Below are positions 14,424 to 31,871 of a stretch of DNA of 64,000 nucleotides, in pieces. Under the pieces are notes generated by a model. The model had not been told where the DNA came from, did no database searches, and saw nothing but the letters and a program-made list of their open reading frames with translations. The first letter of the stretch is position 1, and each line of letters opens with the position of its first letter. The translations under genes were made by a program, and so were the position numbers. Origin of the DNA: Piromyces finnis finn (taxonomy: Eukaryota > Fungi > Neocallimastigomycota); the NCBI GenBank assembly GCA_002104945.1, contig MCFH01000018.1, positions 794,915 to 858,914 on the forward strand, in the 5' to 3' direction.

Positions 14424-16247
14424 ATGACAAAAAATATTGTCATTGGTATTGATTTAGGTACAACTTATTCATGTGTTGCTGTTTGGAAAAATAATCATGC
14501 AGAAGTTATTGCAAATGATTTAGGTAATCGTACAACTCCTTCCTACGTTGGGTTTACTTCTAATGAACGTTTGATTGGTGATACAGCATTAATGAAAGCG
14601 GGTAATAATTATAAAAATACAGTTTATGATGCTAAACGATTAATAGGAAGAAAATATGAAGACCCAGATGTTCAATCTGATATGAAATATTGGCCATTTA
14701 AAGTAATTGAAAAATTTGAAAAACCACATATTCATGTAAAATACAAAAATGAAACCATAAATTTTACACCTGAAGAAATATCTAGTATGATACTCACAAA
14801 ATTAAAAGAATGTGCTCAAGATTATTTAGGAGGGGAAGTAACAGATGTTGTTATTACAGTTCCTGCCTATTTTAATGACGCTCAACGTCGAGCTACAATT
14901 GATGCTGGTAAGATTGCCGGTTTAAATGTTTTAAAAATTATTAATGAACCAACAGCTGCAGCTCTTGCCTACGGTCTTAATAAAACAATGAAGAGTGATG
15001 AAAATGTTTTAATTGTAGATCTTGGAGGAGGTACTTATGATGTATCTCTTTTATCGATTAAAAATAGAATATTTACAGTTAAAGCTACATCAGGTGATAC
15101 GCATTTAGGAGGTGAAGATTTCACTAATCGTCTTGTTGATTATTTTGTTTCAGACTTTAAACGAATGCATAACAAGGATCTTTCATCTAATCAAAAATCA
15201 TTACATCGTTTGAGGAGAGCATGTGAAACTGCTAAACGTACTCTTTCTACTTCTACTTATGCTTCTATTGAAATTGATTTCTTGTTTGAAGGAATAGACT
15301 TTTCTAGTGGTATTACTCGATCACGTTTTGAAGAATTAAATTCATATTTATTTGAAAAGATGATTGAACCAATTTCAAGTGTTTTAAATGATGCTAATAT
15401 GAGCAAATCCGATATTAATGAAATTGTTTTAGTAGGAGGATCAACCCGAATTCCTAAAATTCAAGAATTAGTTTCATCCTATTTTGATGGAAAAGAATTA
15501 AAGAAAACAATTAATCCTGATGAAGCCGTAGCACGTGGAGCAGCTATTCAAGCTGCCATTCTTTCAGGTGATTTATCTGAATCAATTAAAAATTTAAGTT
15601 TACAAGATGTTATTCCTCTTTCATTAGGTATAGATAATAGAAAAACAATTACAGATTTTATTATCAAACGTAATTCACCTATTCCAATAAAGAAAACCGT
15701 TACACGTATAACATGTCATGATAATCAATCTTCTGTTCGATTTCGTGTATGTCAAGGTGAACGTAGTCTAGTGAAAGATAATATTATTTTAGGTGAATTA
15801 ACAATAGAAGGAATTACAAAAGCTCCTCGTGGTGAAACGAAATTTGATTTAACTTATGAAATTGATAAAAATGGAGTTTTCAATGTTTCAGCAGTTGAGA
15901 GAGGTACTGGTCTTTCTAAAGCAATTACCATTTCTAATAATAAAGGAAGATTGTATCAAGATGAAATTGATCGTTTAATTAAAGAAGCTGAAAAGTATAA
16001 AGAAGATGATGAAAAAGCAAAAGAAAGAATAGAATCTATGAATGAACTGGATGATTATATTTATAATTTAAGAAAACGTCTTAAAAATTCTATTATTAGT
16101 TTAGATGACAAAATAACGTTATCTAATGCAATTGATTCTATTGATATATGGATGAGAGATAATCAAAATGCCTCCAAAGAAGAATATGAACAGAAAAAAA
16201 ATGATTTAATGGAAAAAGAAGACTCTTTTTTTCTTTTCCTTTTTTAA
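14424..16247 (+). CDS. HSP70: Divergent cytosolic-type HSP70, intronless, no EEVD tail
   Basis: Signatures [39 protein letters not shown] and [12 protein letters not shown]; substrate-binding domain DNQ...GER...APRG; no signal peptide. Confidence 0.97.
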   Translation: MTKNIVIGIDLGTTYSCVAVWKNNHAEVIANDLGNRTTPSYVGFTSNERLIGDTALMKAGNNYKNTVYDAKRLIGRKYEDPDVQSDMKYWPFKVIEKFEKPHIHVKYKNETINFTPEEISSMILTKLKECAQDYLGGEVTDVVITVPAYFNDAQRRATIDAGKIAGLNVLKIINEPTAAALAYGLNKTMKSDENVLIVDLGGGTYDVSLLSIKNRIFTVKATSGDTHLGGEDFTNRLVDYFVSDFKRMHNKDLSSNQKSLHRLRRACETAKRTLSTSTYASIEIDFLFEGIDFSSGITRSRFEELNSYLFEKMIEPISSVLNDANMSKSDINEIVLVGGSTRIPKIQELVSSYFDGKELKKTINPDEAVARGAAIQAAILSGDLSESIKNLSLQDVIPLSLGIDNRKTITDFIIKRNSPIPIKKTVTRITCHDNQSSVRFRVCQGERSLVKDNIILGELTIEGITKAPRGETKFDLTYEIDKNGVFNVSAVERGTGLSKAITISNNKGRLYQDEIDRLIKEAEKYKEDDEKAKERIESMNELDDYIYNLRKRLKNSIISLDDKITLSNAIDSIDIWMRDNQNASKEEYEQKKNDLMEKEDSFFLFLF

Positions 16248-16939
16248 TATAAATTAAGAATATAAAATTTATATAAAAACTATCGTTCAGCCATTTCAGT
16301 CAATATATTAAATTTTATATATTTATATCTATTGCTTTAAAAAAAAAAATTGATCTATTTTCTTTTCATTTATTCCAAGTTTTAATTATGTGTAGTTCCA
16401 AAAAAAAAAAAAAAAGTACTAATTACTAAAAATGAATTTTTCTCTTCATAATATTCATTTTTTTCAACTCTGAAATAATATAAATAGAATTAATAAAATT
16501 TGTAGTTTTATTCAAAATTTTTATTCTCATAATTCTTTAAAATTTATATATATATATATATTATTTATATTTATTATAATTTACTACTACGTTAAATTTA
16601 TTTTATTAAAAGTAATTTGAAACTCTTTTGAACTGTTATACCATTGCTTCAGCTTCGACGCTCTTTAATTTTATTTATTAATTTATTACTATTATTATTA
16701 TAAAAAGGTGATATTCTTTTAAGAACAGAATAATCATCAAATAAAATATGTTTTATTTTTTTCTTCTTAAAATATGTAATATTATTTCATATATAAATAT
16801 ATAAAATATTATTATTTAATTAATAGATTATTTTTGTATATAAATTCAATGATAATTAGTTTTTTTAATATTTCATAATTAAATATTTCTATTTTTTAAA
16901 TAAATATATCTTAAAAAAAAGAGATTAATATTATAATAT

Positions 16940-17710
16940 TATTTGATTAGATATATTATATTTTATATAAATGTGCTTCTTTTTATATTCTTCTGTGATA
17001 TTGATTAAATTAATTCTGTTAATTTATATTTATTTGATGATCTAATAAAAGTAGAACATTTAAGACTTTTACATTTTCAAGTTCATTCATAGACTCTATC
17101 CTTTCTTTTGCTTTTTCATCATCTTCTTTATACCTTTCAGCTTCTTTCTTTAAGCGATAGGTTTCACTTCGATATAGTATTCTTTCATCATTAAAAATAG
17201 TAATTACTTTGTAAAGATAAGTAGCCTTTTCGATTGTTGAAAAATTTAAAATATAATTTTTATCAATTTTGAAGGTTAATTATATTTCTATTGCACCACA
17301 TGGAACTTTTATAATATTTTCTAATGTAAATTTATCTATATTCTTTACAAGACTATATTTATCTTAGCATATTCAAAACATTATAGATGATGTTTGATTA
17401 TCATCATATATTATATGTATATAACGATTTTTTTTTTATTGAAATAGGTGAATTTCGTATAATAATATAATTTGTCGTTGTTCCTCTATTATCATCACCT
17501 AATGATAAGAAGAGATTTATTGAAGAAGTAATGCATCTTAAATATATTAATTATTTATTGTTATAATTGTCATAAATGTCCTTTTAAGAAAAAACTACTT
17601 AACTAATGATCACCACACTACTTCTATTACTATTACTACTATTCATTTCTCTTTTAGTATTATTTAATAATTTAATTCCTTTATTCTTCAGCAGCGGCTG
17701 CGATTGAACT
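16940..17710 (-). pseudogene. HSP70: Decayed, inverted HSP70 paralogue (end of ATPase domain to lid)
   Basis: The reverse complement of 17077-17147 matches 15981-16051 at 67/71 nt ([23 protein letters not shown]). Further broken matches: LSLGDDNR..IIIRNSPISIKK, DDNQ and TFKIDKN..LNFS. Contains stops, frameshifts and deletions; the outer boundaries are approximate. Confidence 0.88.
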
Positions 17711-20683
17711 TTTTTAATCATAAAAAAAATTGGTATAAAGAGTTTAATTACATAACCTAACCTATTTGTAATTGTTTATTATATAAATTAGATTACAAAT
17801 AATATATTAATAATATACTACAATATATGGTTTGATTTAAAGATTTTTATATTAAAGAACTTTATTACTATGAATTAAATTAAATAAGAACAATATTTCA
17901 TAAGTCTTAATATAATAAAATAAACACAATATATTTTATAGTATATTGCCGCATATATTAAAATTAATATATGCATATGTAATACTTAATTTCCACGTGA
18001 TCTATTTTCTTAATCAAAAACTTTTTATTTTTTCCATTAATAAAATTTAAAAATTGTGGATGCGAAATTAAAAGCCTCTTAGATTTATGATCCATAGAAT
18101 AAGAAAGTATGGAAGTTACACCTTTGAGATAATGGATGAATAATCTTCACATCAATCCTTATAAAATAATAGTAATTTTATTTTTTGATATTACTGAAAG
18201 ATGGAAGGTATTCATTATATTAATCATATTTTTTTTTTCTAATATTAATCCTAATAGTTATGGTTATAATTAAAGTAAGAGTAATGAAACTAATAATGAT
18301 AATGCTATAAACAGTAATTATGATTCATTAGTACATGGGATATTAAGAGTAATAACGCTTTTTAACTACCGAGAACTTCTATTAGAAAAATCCTAATAGC
18401 GATTATTAGAGAAATGTTGACATCTTCTTATTATTGAGTCTTGATCCTACTGGTCTATCATACTGTATCCTTAGGTTTAAACACCCTTTAATCTCAATTT
18501 ATAAGTAATGAGCTTTTAAATTTTTTATTACTATACTATTTTATTATTAAATATAAACCTTTTATTATAAATTATAATTTTTTTTTAGAAAATATATTTT
18601 ATATTATTAATAGTCAGTAATTATCCAATGTTGAGTACATTTATGGATATTTGTTCAATCAAGCCTATTTTTTTTTATTATTTGTAGTTATTAATTTTCA
18701 TAAAAGAAATAAAACGACCGATAGAGAAAAATTATCTTTCAGGAATACCTATTTCTTTATGTAATACTAATGCCTATTTCTGTATGCACAAAAAATAGGT
18801 TGGAATGAACAATAGTTACTAATAAAACTTAGCACATTATCATAAATTATAAATTGTATTACTACGCTTTATCATATAATATTTATAATTTTTTGTTTAA
18901 CCCTATACACTACCACGCTATTAAATTCTTTATGTATATAATATTATATTTTATTATTTATTTTTTATTTTATAATTTATATCCTCTCTAATGAAGAAAA
19001 TGTAGAGTCACACTACAATTATTTGGCACTTTTTTAAAAAAAATGGTATTTCATTAAGTTAATCTGAAGACTTTTTTTCAATTACATTAAAAATGATAGC
19101 AAATACATTTTAATACATTTATAATACATAAGAAAAAATGGCATTATTTATTAATAGATATATAAAAAATATACATTAATAAATTTATTAATATATTCTA
19201 AATAGAATATTTAATTTAATATATATTTAATATATTTTTAATATCGAGACATATTATAATATATATTAAATAGAAAAAAAATCTAAATTAAAATTCTTAA
19301 TCTTTATTTTATTAAAAGTTAGAAGTAATATATAATAACATAATATTAGTATTGTATTAAAAATAAATGATTTTAATACATTTACATAAATAATAATATA
19401 TTGTAATATTAAATATATTAAAACATAATATAATATATTTGCATTATGTATTAATATATATGTAATTATAATGATTTATTTTAATTGGTATATACTTAAA
19501 ATAGTATTTTCATATATATATTAATAACTTAATTTATTATTTAATATATATAAATATATTTTACTTGCTAATTTTATACTTTATATTTATTGTATTTAAT
19601 ATATATTAATGTTATTTAACAATAAATTAATACATATTAATAATATATTAAATACAATATATTATATTGAGTAAATTCTATTTCTAATTATTATAAAAAT
19701 ATTGCGAGTTTTTTAAAAAAAAGTTTATTAATAATAAAAATTTCCAAAAATATTATTTTAATTATAAAATAAAAATAAAAAGTTTTCACTTTTTTTTTTT
19801 ATAATTTTTTTCTTTTTTTTTTTTATTAACATAAAATTAAAAAAAAAAGTTAATGTAAGATTTATTTATTATTTTAAAATTGGTTAAATTTTTAAAAATT
19901 GAACAATTTGATTTGTAAAAAAAAAAAAAAAATAATATAAAAAACATAGTAATATTTAACTAAATAGTATTTAATTATTATTTAAATAATTAAATATTTT
20001 TTTTATTTATTATCGAAATTTAATATTATTATATTCCTTTATATTTGTTTAATTTCTTTTTCTTTACTTTTTAATTGAACATTTAGAAACAGAAAATATA
20101 TTTAATTAAAAAATATATATATATATATAAATATAAGTAAAAAGAAAAGAAAAAGAAAGTCTACTAAATACTAAAATAATAAGCACTATAAACAAAAGCA
20201 AAGTAAACAAACTCAAAAGTAATAACTATTTAACAAAAAAAGAAGATTTTATTTACTTAGAAAAAGTAAATATTAATATGAAAAAAAATTATTATAATAT
20301 TAAAATAAAATTAATTTAATAGATTAAAAAAAAAAAGTGGAATATAGTTTTTTTTTTACAAAAATGTGTAATAGATAATACAATGGATAAGAAATAAATA
20401 GAAAAAAATAAACAAAATAATAAATAGAACTAGAATATGGTGGAGAAAAAAAAAGATGAACATATTTAGAAAAGAAATAAATAATGAATAATGAAAAAAA
20501 TAAAAAGTGTTATTATTTTAAAGTAGATTAAAAAATAAAGGATATATCATTTTTATTTTAAAGTAGATAATTGAAAATATTACTAATAATAAAATAAATA
20601 TATTTTGTAAATCTGAATTAAAATGAATGAAATAACTAATAGTTATTATTTTTATTATATATAATTATAATAAAATAGTTGAA

Positions 20684-21524
20684 ATGTCAAAGCCTTCACA
20701 AGTTTTACGTGAATACAAAATCGGTAAGTATTTATATAATTAATTTTTATTTTAAATTTAAAATATATAAATATTCTAAATGTATGAATAAATAAATAAA
20801 AATTATTTAGTTGTTGTCGGTGGTGGTGGTGTTGGTAAGTCAGCCTTAACCATTCAATTTATTCAATCCCACTTCGTCGATGAATACGATCCAACTATCG
20901 AAGATTCATATAGAAAACAATGTTTAATTGATGATGAAGTTGCTTTACTTGATGTTCTTGATACTGCTGGTCAAGAAGAATACAGCGCCATGAGAGGTAA
21001 TAATTTTATAATAAAGCAAATTTATAAAGAGAGGCAAAAATATTAATTTTTAAATTTATATATAAAGAACAATATATGAGAACCGGTGAAGGTTTCTTAT
21101 GTGTTTACTCTATTGTTTCAAGAAATTCTTTCGATGAAATATCAACATTCTATCAACAAATTTTAAGAGTAAAGGATAAGGATTACTTCCCAGTTATTAT
21201 TATTGGTAACAAGTGTGATTTAGAACACGAAGTAAGTTTAAAGATATAATATTTGGATTTAAGAAATATGTAATATTTAAAATTTTTTATTTATAATTAC
21301 AGAGAACTGTTGCTAGTCATGAAGGTCAAGAATTAGCTAAGCAATTTGGTTGTAAATTCATGGAAACTTCTGCCAAGCATAAAATTAATGTTGATGAAGC
21401 TTTCTACTCTCTTGTAAAAGAAATTAAAAGATACAACAAGGATTCTGAACATGGAATGAAGGGTTCTTCTAGAAGTTCTCAACACCACAGAAGAAAGAAG
21501 AGATCTAAGTGTGTTGTTATGTAA
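20684..21524 (+). CDS. RAS: Ras GTPase, 4 exons, 203 aa
   Basis: Exons 20684-20723, 20811-20996, 21068-21231, 21303-21524. Motifs GGGGVGKS, effector loop [21 protein letters not shown] and ETSAK; CAAX box CVVM. Confidence 0.98.
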
Positions 21525-22482
21525 AAGCATCTACTTTTTTTATAGTAAAATCAACTTCATATAAATATCAAAAAAAAATATATCGAATTAAAAAAACAAA
21601 GGAAACAAAAAGAAAAACAAAACAAAGCAAACAATTCAAAAATTAATCCCAAAAATAAAAAAAGTTTAAGAAATAATTCTTAACAAAACCATCTTCAAAT
21701 AATCAATCAATATTCAAGTTTTATTTAATATTATTAATTTAAGCAAAAAAAAAAAAAAAATCTAAAAGAAAAAACAAAATGTTAAAAAATTAATGACGAA
21801 ATTAGTATTTCCTTTTATAATTTAACAAAAATAGAATGTTTCTTTTTAATTAGATTATATATATTATAATACTCAAAACTATATGTATTTTTTAAAAAGA
21901 AACTTAATTTAAATACATATACAAATTAGATTAAATTAACATAAAAAAGGAATTATATATCATTACTTTTTTTAACCATTAATATAAAAAATATAATATA
22001 TTAGATTATTAAATTATAAAAATTAAAAAATAAAAAAAAAATTATCATTACTTATTAAAAGTAATGATATAAAAAAATTAAAAGAAAAACTCTTTAAATA
22101 TAATATTAAATATTTTTAGTTTTAATTTATTATATATAAGCATTAATTGAACCAATTGAATATTGTTCATTAATTATAAATAATTAAAAATTCAATTTTA
22201 TAAAATCTATAAATAATAATAAAATTAAAAAAAAAAAAAAATGTTTGTAATGTGTAGTAAATGTATCTCAACGTGTTTATATTTAATAAGAAGGGGTGGT
22301 TGTTATTTATAGTTTGAAATCGAAATAATTTGAATATTTTTTAAAAGTAATTTTTTATTAAAATTTTTTAAATAAATTAAGATGTTGTATAAAAAGAAAA
22401 AATTAAATAAAAAAAAAAAGGAAAAAAAAAAAAACATTGTGAAAAATTCTTAAATATATGGATTTTTCTTTTTATTTTGATC

Positions 22483-25400
22483 TTATTCATCTTCATGAAG
22501 AATACTACTATCCGCTAAATTATCAGGTGGAGGTGGAGGTTTATAACTTGATAATCCTCTAAATATTTCTTTTTTAAATTATACAAAAAAAAAAAAAAAA
22601 AATTTAGTAAATTAATGTCTATTTTTTATTTTTTTTATTATTTTTTTTTTTTTTTGATTTTCTTTAAAAGATAATGTACGTTAAAAATATCTCTAAAAAA
22701 AAAAAAAAAAACTTACCATCTATACGACAAGGTTTATAACCACCAAAAATAATATCTGGATTAACATCCTTTTGTTTTTCCAAGGCTTTTAATAAATTGG
22801 ATGGTCTTGCCCAGGTTGCTACTAAAGATAATCTTGAATTTTCATCATCTTCATAGCTATTTTTTTTTTTTTTTTTTTTTTTTTTTATTAATATAAAAAT
22901 TTTATTATTATTTTAATTTTAAATAGATATATTTAAAAGTATCAACATAAAAAAAAAAAAAAATTACTAATATTTAATTTTATAGTCATATACTTACTCG
23001 CTAGGAATATCAGGAAATTCACCATCTTGAAGAATTGTTCCTCTATACGGAGTAGCACTAGAACGTGAAGAAGATATAGATATAATAGAATTATTTTTAT
23101 TATCATTCATCATCATTGAATTATCTTGATTAGCATTTAACCCTAATAAAATAGAATTTGAGGATGACATATCAAGTCCAGCAAGAATATTTTGAGTGGA
23201 AAGGTTAGCAGCAGCTGTTGTGGTAGTATGAGAAGAAGATGGCATATAAAGATTTGCGGCGGTAGATGAAGAAGAATAACGAGTAGAATTATTGATGGAT
23301 GAAAGATTTGATTTGGATGATTTACCAATGGTGGATTTAACTTTTGGAATAGATGATTTCTTAAGGGCAGTGGTGGTATTTGCAGTGGCAGAGGAGGAGG
23401 AGAGTATCGACGATACAGAATATTTTTTGTTTCCTGGAGCATTGGACTTTTTAATGGTATGACTATTATTATTTTTTTGTTTAAGAATAATAGTTGTATC
23501 TAATTTGGTATTATTTTTAAACTTATCAAGGGTAGAAGCAATGACCGAGGAGGTAGTACCGTATAAATTAGATTTTGTTTCCTTCATTTTCATTGCTCTT
23601 TTCTTTTCGTTCATTTGCTTTATTTTCTCGTTTCTTTTTCGTATTAATTCTTCTACTTGCTTTTGTTGATTAATAGGTTTTTCCGATTTTGTTCGTTTTT
23701 CTTCTTCTTTACGACCGGCTTTTCTTTCTCCTTCTTCCTTTTTCTTACGTTGCATATATAATCGATGTTTATCGGCAATACTCATTTTTATTTTTTGCTT
23801 TTTATCCAATGTTAATACATCCTCATGCTTTTTAATTAATTTGGCGGATTCTAATGATTTTAATTTACTTTTCTTCAAGTTGCTTCTTTTTAATTTAGAG
23901 TTTTTTGGTATCAAGGAGTGTGTCTCCTTACTTGAACTACTACTGTTGAAATGTCCATTCCATGATGAAGTTTTTTGATTCTCAGATGTATTACTTGGTT
24001 GCTCTGTTAAATCGGATGTATCTTTATTATCAATGATCATAGCATCACCTTTGTTTAAATAGGCGTGTCTTGAAGGTGATTGTTTAAGACTATCTAAAAA
24101 GTTATTATTATTATTATTGGGATTTGATTTTTGGAGTGTTTTATTAACTTTGTGGTAAAGAGGTGAAGAAGGAAGATATGGTGATTTTATACTATCGTCA
24201 TCAATAATAGATTTAAATATATTGTCATCTAATACATTAAGATTTTTCGTTTTATTATTATCTATTGTATTCATGCCATTTTTATCATTGTTTTCTAATT
24301 TTTTAGCTGAAATATAAGCTAGTGGTGAATCTGATGGGGATTGAATAGCTGTAGCAAAAGACATTCCATTTGTATCTTTAAACTCAATTTTGTAATCATC
24401 TGTAGTCGATGAAAAAATATTGACTTTATTTTTGGATGGTACACTACAACTACTTACTTTCGTTAAAGGATTTGTATCCTTCATTTTTTCATTCTTAAAA
24501 TTAGTGGACTTACTTGCATTTATACTGGATGTTAGATTAGTATCACGTTCAGGCGAGTTATAAAGATGAACAGATGGGGCAATAGTTTTAACCTCATGGG
24601 TATTATATTTCTTTTCTTCATTATCTGATGACAAATTTCTTGAAAAAGCAGAATGTAAGCTTTTGGTAGTGGAATCCCATATTGCTTTAAATCCTTTAAA
24701 ACGCTCACTAACTGATTTTTTTGATCCTCCACTTTCATTAACACTTTTATCAGGTGTAGATGATATAGTTTTTGATTTTTTATCACTATGTGATCCATAT
24801 GAGAATGGTGTAAATGGTGAAGTTAGTATATTGAAGGCAGTTGCCGTAACTGAACGTTTTCCTGATTTAACTCTCTTTTCTGTGGTTTTGGCTTTTCGAT
24901 AGATATCTTCAATAATTTCATCACATGTTTTAAATTCACCAAACTTTTTATTGGAATGATCATTTTTGCTGTTTAAGGGGGTAAAACGGTGAGTAGAATT
25001 GTCTTCTACCTTTTCTTCACACTCTTTAAATTCATCATTGTTAATACTACTGAATGATTCATTAAATTCTCTAAGTTTACTATGTGATTTATAAAGATTT
25101 TCAACTTCATCAATTAAAGTTGATAATCTTTTTTCATCTCTTGCTAAACCTTTCATTTCAGTACTCTCCTCCTTAATATTGATAACTTTTTTTGAACCTG
25201 ACATGGTATCCATATTGCTAATACTATTATTATTTATATTTGATGTTAAGGTATCATCTTCTAAATTAAGTAATGGAGACATTGATTTTGTTGATTCAAC
25301 ATTATTTTTAACAGTTGTACTTGAATCAATAGTATCATTTAATGACAACAAAGTACTTTTCTTTTTACGTGCAGTATAGCTATTTAGAGATCTTTTAAAG

Positions 25401-26586
25401 TCGGTAAGAACATCTGATGATGAAGATAATTTTTTTGAATGTTCTGATTTATCATTTACGGTTTTATATACATCTTTATTGATAATCGAATGACGATTAT
25501 CAATTTTATTTTTATGGTCATTTGGAAAAGAATGATGATTACTTGGTTTCTCTTTTTTTTTAATATCTGAATTAATAAATTCAGATTTTGAGCTTCCCAG
25601 TGATTGTGATTCTTTTTTTAATATTGTATTTTCCTTTTTATCTGTAACATTTGAATTTTTCTCTTTAGAATTATTTTTAATAATTTCTTCAATTAAAGGA
25701 TTTAAATTTTCAATAGATAGTGTATCTTTTAAAAGTAATTTATTAAAGAGTTGTTCCTTACTTTTTTCATTTAATGAAGCTACAGAATTTATAGATATTG
25801 ATGATAATTTTGATTTTCTTTTATCTGAAAGTCTATCTTTATTTTGGACTAATGGCTTTTCTTCTTTTGCAAAGTTTTTAGTGAAATCAAGTAGAGATGG
25901 AGGAGGATCGTCAAACAAATCAATTATGCTATTATTATTATTAGTATTATTATTTTCATTTTTGGTTAATTCTTTATTTATATTTATTTCACTAAGTGAT
26001 AATGACTGTAAATTATTTGAAATGTCTGTGGGTTCAACATTTTCTGTAATTTGCTGTTATTATATATACATATATTTTTGTGATGATAAAAACATTTAAA
26101 ATTTTTAAAAATATAATTTAAATATATTAGAAATGTAAAATTTATAAATGTTTATCTACTAAAACTTTTTGTATACTTTAATACATAAATGTGTCATACC
26201 TTTTGAATTATATTAAATTTTGTTGAATTCAATAAATTATCAATAGTACTATGAAAAAAAATTTATTATTTTATTTAATATAGGAAAAAAAAGGAAAAGG
26301 TTTAATGGCAAATTTTAAAATAGTTATAAATTTTTTTGTGTTTTTAATTTATAAATTAATATTTACTATAATACAGTGCTTTATATAAATAAATATATGT
26401 ATTTAAAAAAGAAAATAATGAATCAATTAATTAATAATTGTAATACCTTTTTTGTGTATTAAGCCAATCCAATTGATTATCCACACTTTTATTAAAATCT
26501 ATCATATATCCATTTTTAATATTTTGAAATAATCCAATTTTTTTACTCAAAAAGTAAGGGATTTTAACAGTTTCTGAATCCGTCAT
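22483..26586 (-). CDS. INCENP: INCENP/Sli15/Pic1-like chromosomal passenger protein, 5 exons, ~1156 aa
   Basis: Exons 26586-26447, 26248-26200, 26053-22998, 22856-22717, 22568-22483, all phase-compatible. The C-terminal IN-box-like sequence FPDIPSDYEDDE...ATWARPSNLLKALEKQKDVNPDIIFGGYKPCRIDEIF follows a charged helical stretch and a long disordered region. Confidence 0.85.
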
Positions 26587-27391
26587 GGCATATTATATTG
26601 ATTTTATTATTTTAATATAGTTGAAAGAAAAAATTAAAATGAACGATACTATATACTTTTATTGATTAAGTAAATTTTGATTCAGATGAAAAATTAGTTG
26701 TAATTATAAATTAAAGTAATTGATAATAACTATATTTATTTATTTTTTTCCAGTATTTTTTATTTTATTATTGAAATACTATCTACACTGCTATATATAT
26801 TGTCCTTTTTTTTTTTTTTTTTTTTTTGTTTTGTTGAAATTAAAAAAAAAAAAAAAAAGGATTTTAAATTAATAATGAAATGAAAATTTGAATATAATAA
26901 AAAAATTTGAAAATTTATAAAAAAAAAAGTCCAGCTTATTTAATTATTTTTTGTTATTTTTTATTATTATAATAATAAAACATTAATTTAGTAAGATAGT
27001 TTAATTTTCTTTTTTTTTTTTTTTTTTATTTAAATGTGGATTAATTTTTTAAAAGGCACATAATACTTTCTTTTTTATTAAAAAAAAAATAAAAATAAAA
27101 AACCAAAAAAATAAATAATAAATCAGTTTTAATAATTTTTTTAATATATCTTTTTTTTTTTTGTATTACAAATTATAAATAATAAAATAAATAATAATAA
27201 AAAAAAAGTTTAAAATTTTGGCCCGAATATGTAAATCTTAATTTTTATTATTATTATTAATCTTTTAAATTAACGTATACATCTTATTAAATAATGTGGA
27301 TTTCGTACGATTTATTTACAGTTTATTATTATTTTTTTTATATAATACTTAACAAAAAAAGATTATGTTTTTAGTCAGATTTGCTTACTTT

Positions 27392-31417
<4,026 letters not shown>

Positions 31418-31871
31418 GATAAATTTTAAAAATTAATTCTAAAATTTTTTTTTTAATAAAGTAATTTAATTAAAATTTTTAAATTTTCTTTTTAGCCAAT
31501 AAGAGGAAAATAAAATAATTTGTGGATTAAAATTCTTATGTAAAAAATAAAATAAATGAATAAATAATTATAAAAGTAAATAAATGTTATTAGTTAAATA
31601 AATGAATAAATTAGAAAGATATAATGGATGAAGTTAACAATAATTTTTGAATTTAAAAGTTTAAAAATACAGAATTTCTTCTTTTTTTTTTTTTTTAAAT
31701 TATGATTAATTTTCTTTTTTATTTTATTTAGTTATATTGTTTTCTTAATACTCTGATATATTATTATTCTTTTTCTTTATTCTATAATTAATATCAATAA
31801 ATATTAATTATATTTATATATTATATTATATATAAAAGATAGTATATATATTTCTTTTCTTTATTCTAGGA

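Noticed and set aside
18897-18920. TTAA-CCCTATACAC resembling a piggyBac terminus
   Set aside because: I found no matching inverted terminus or transposase in the window, and TTAACCC is expected by chance.
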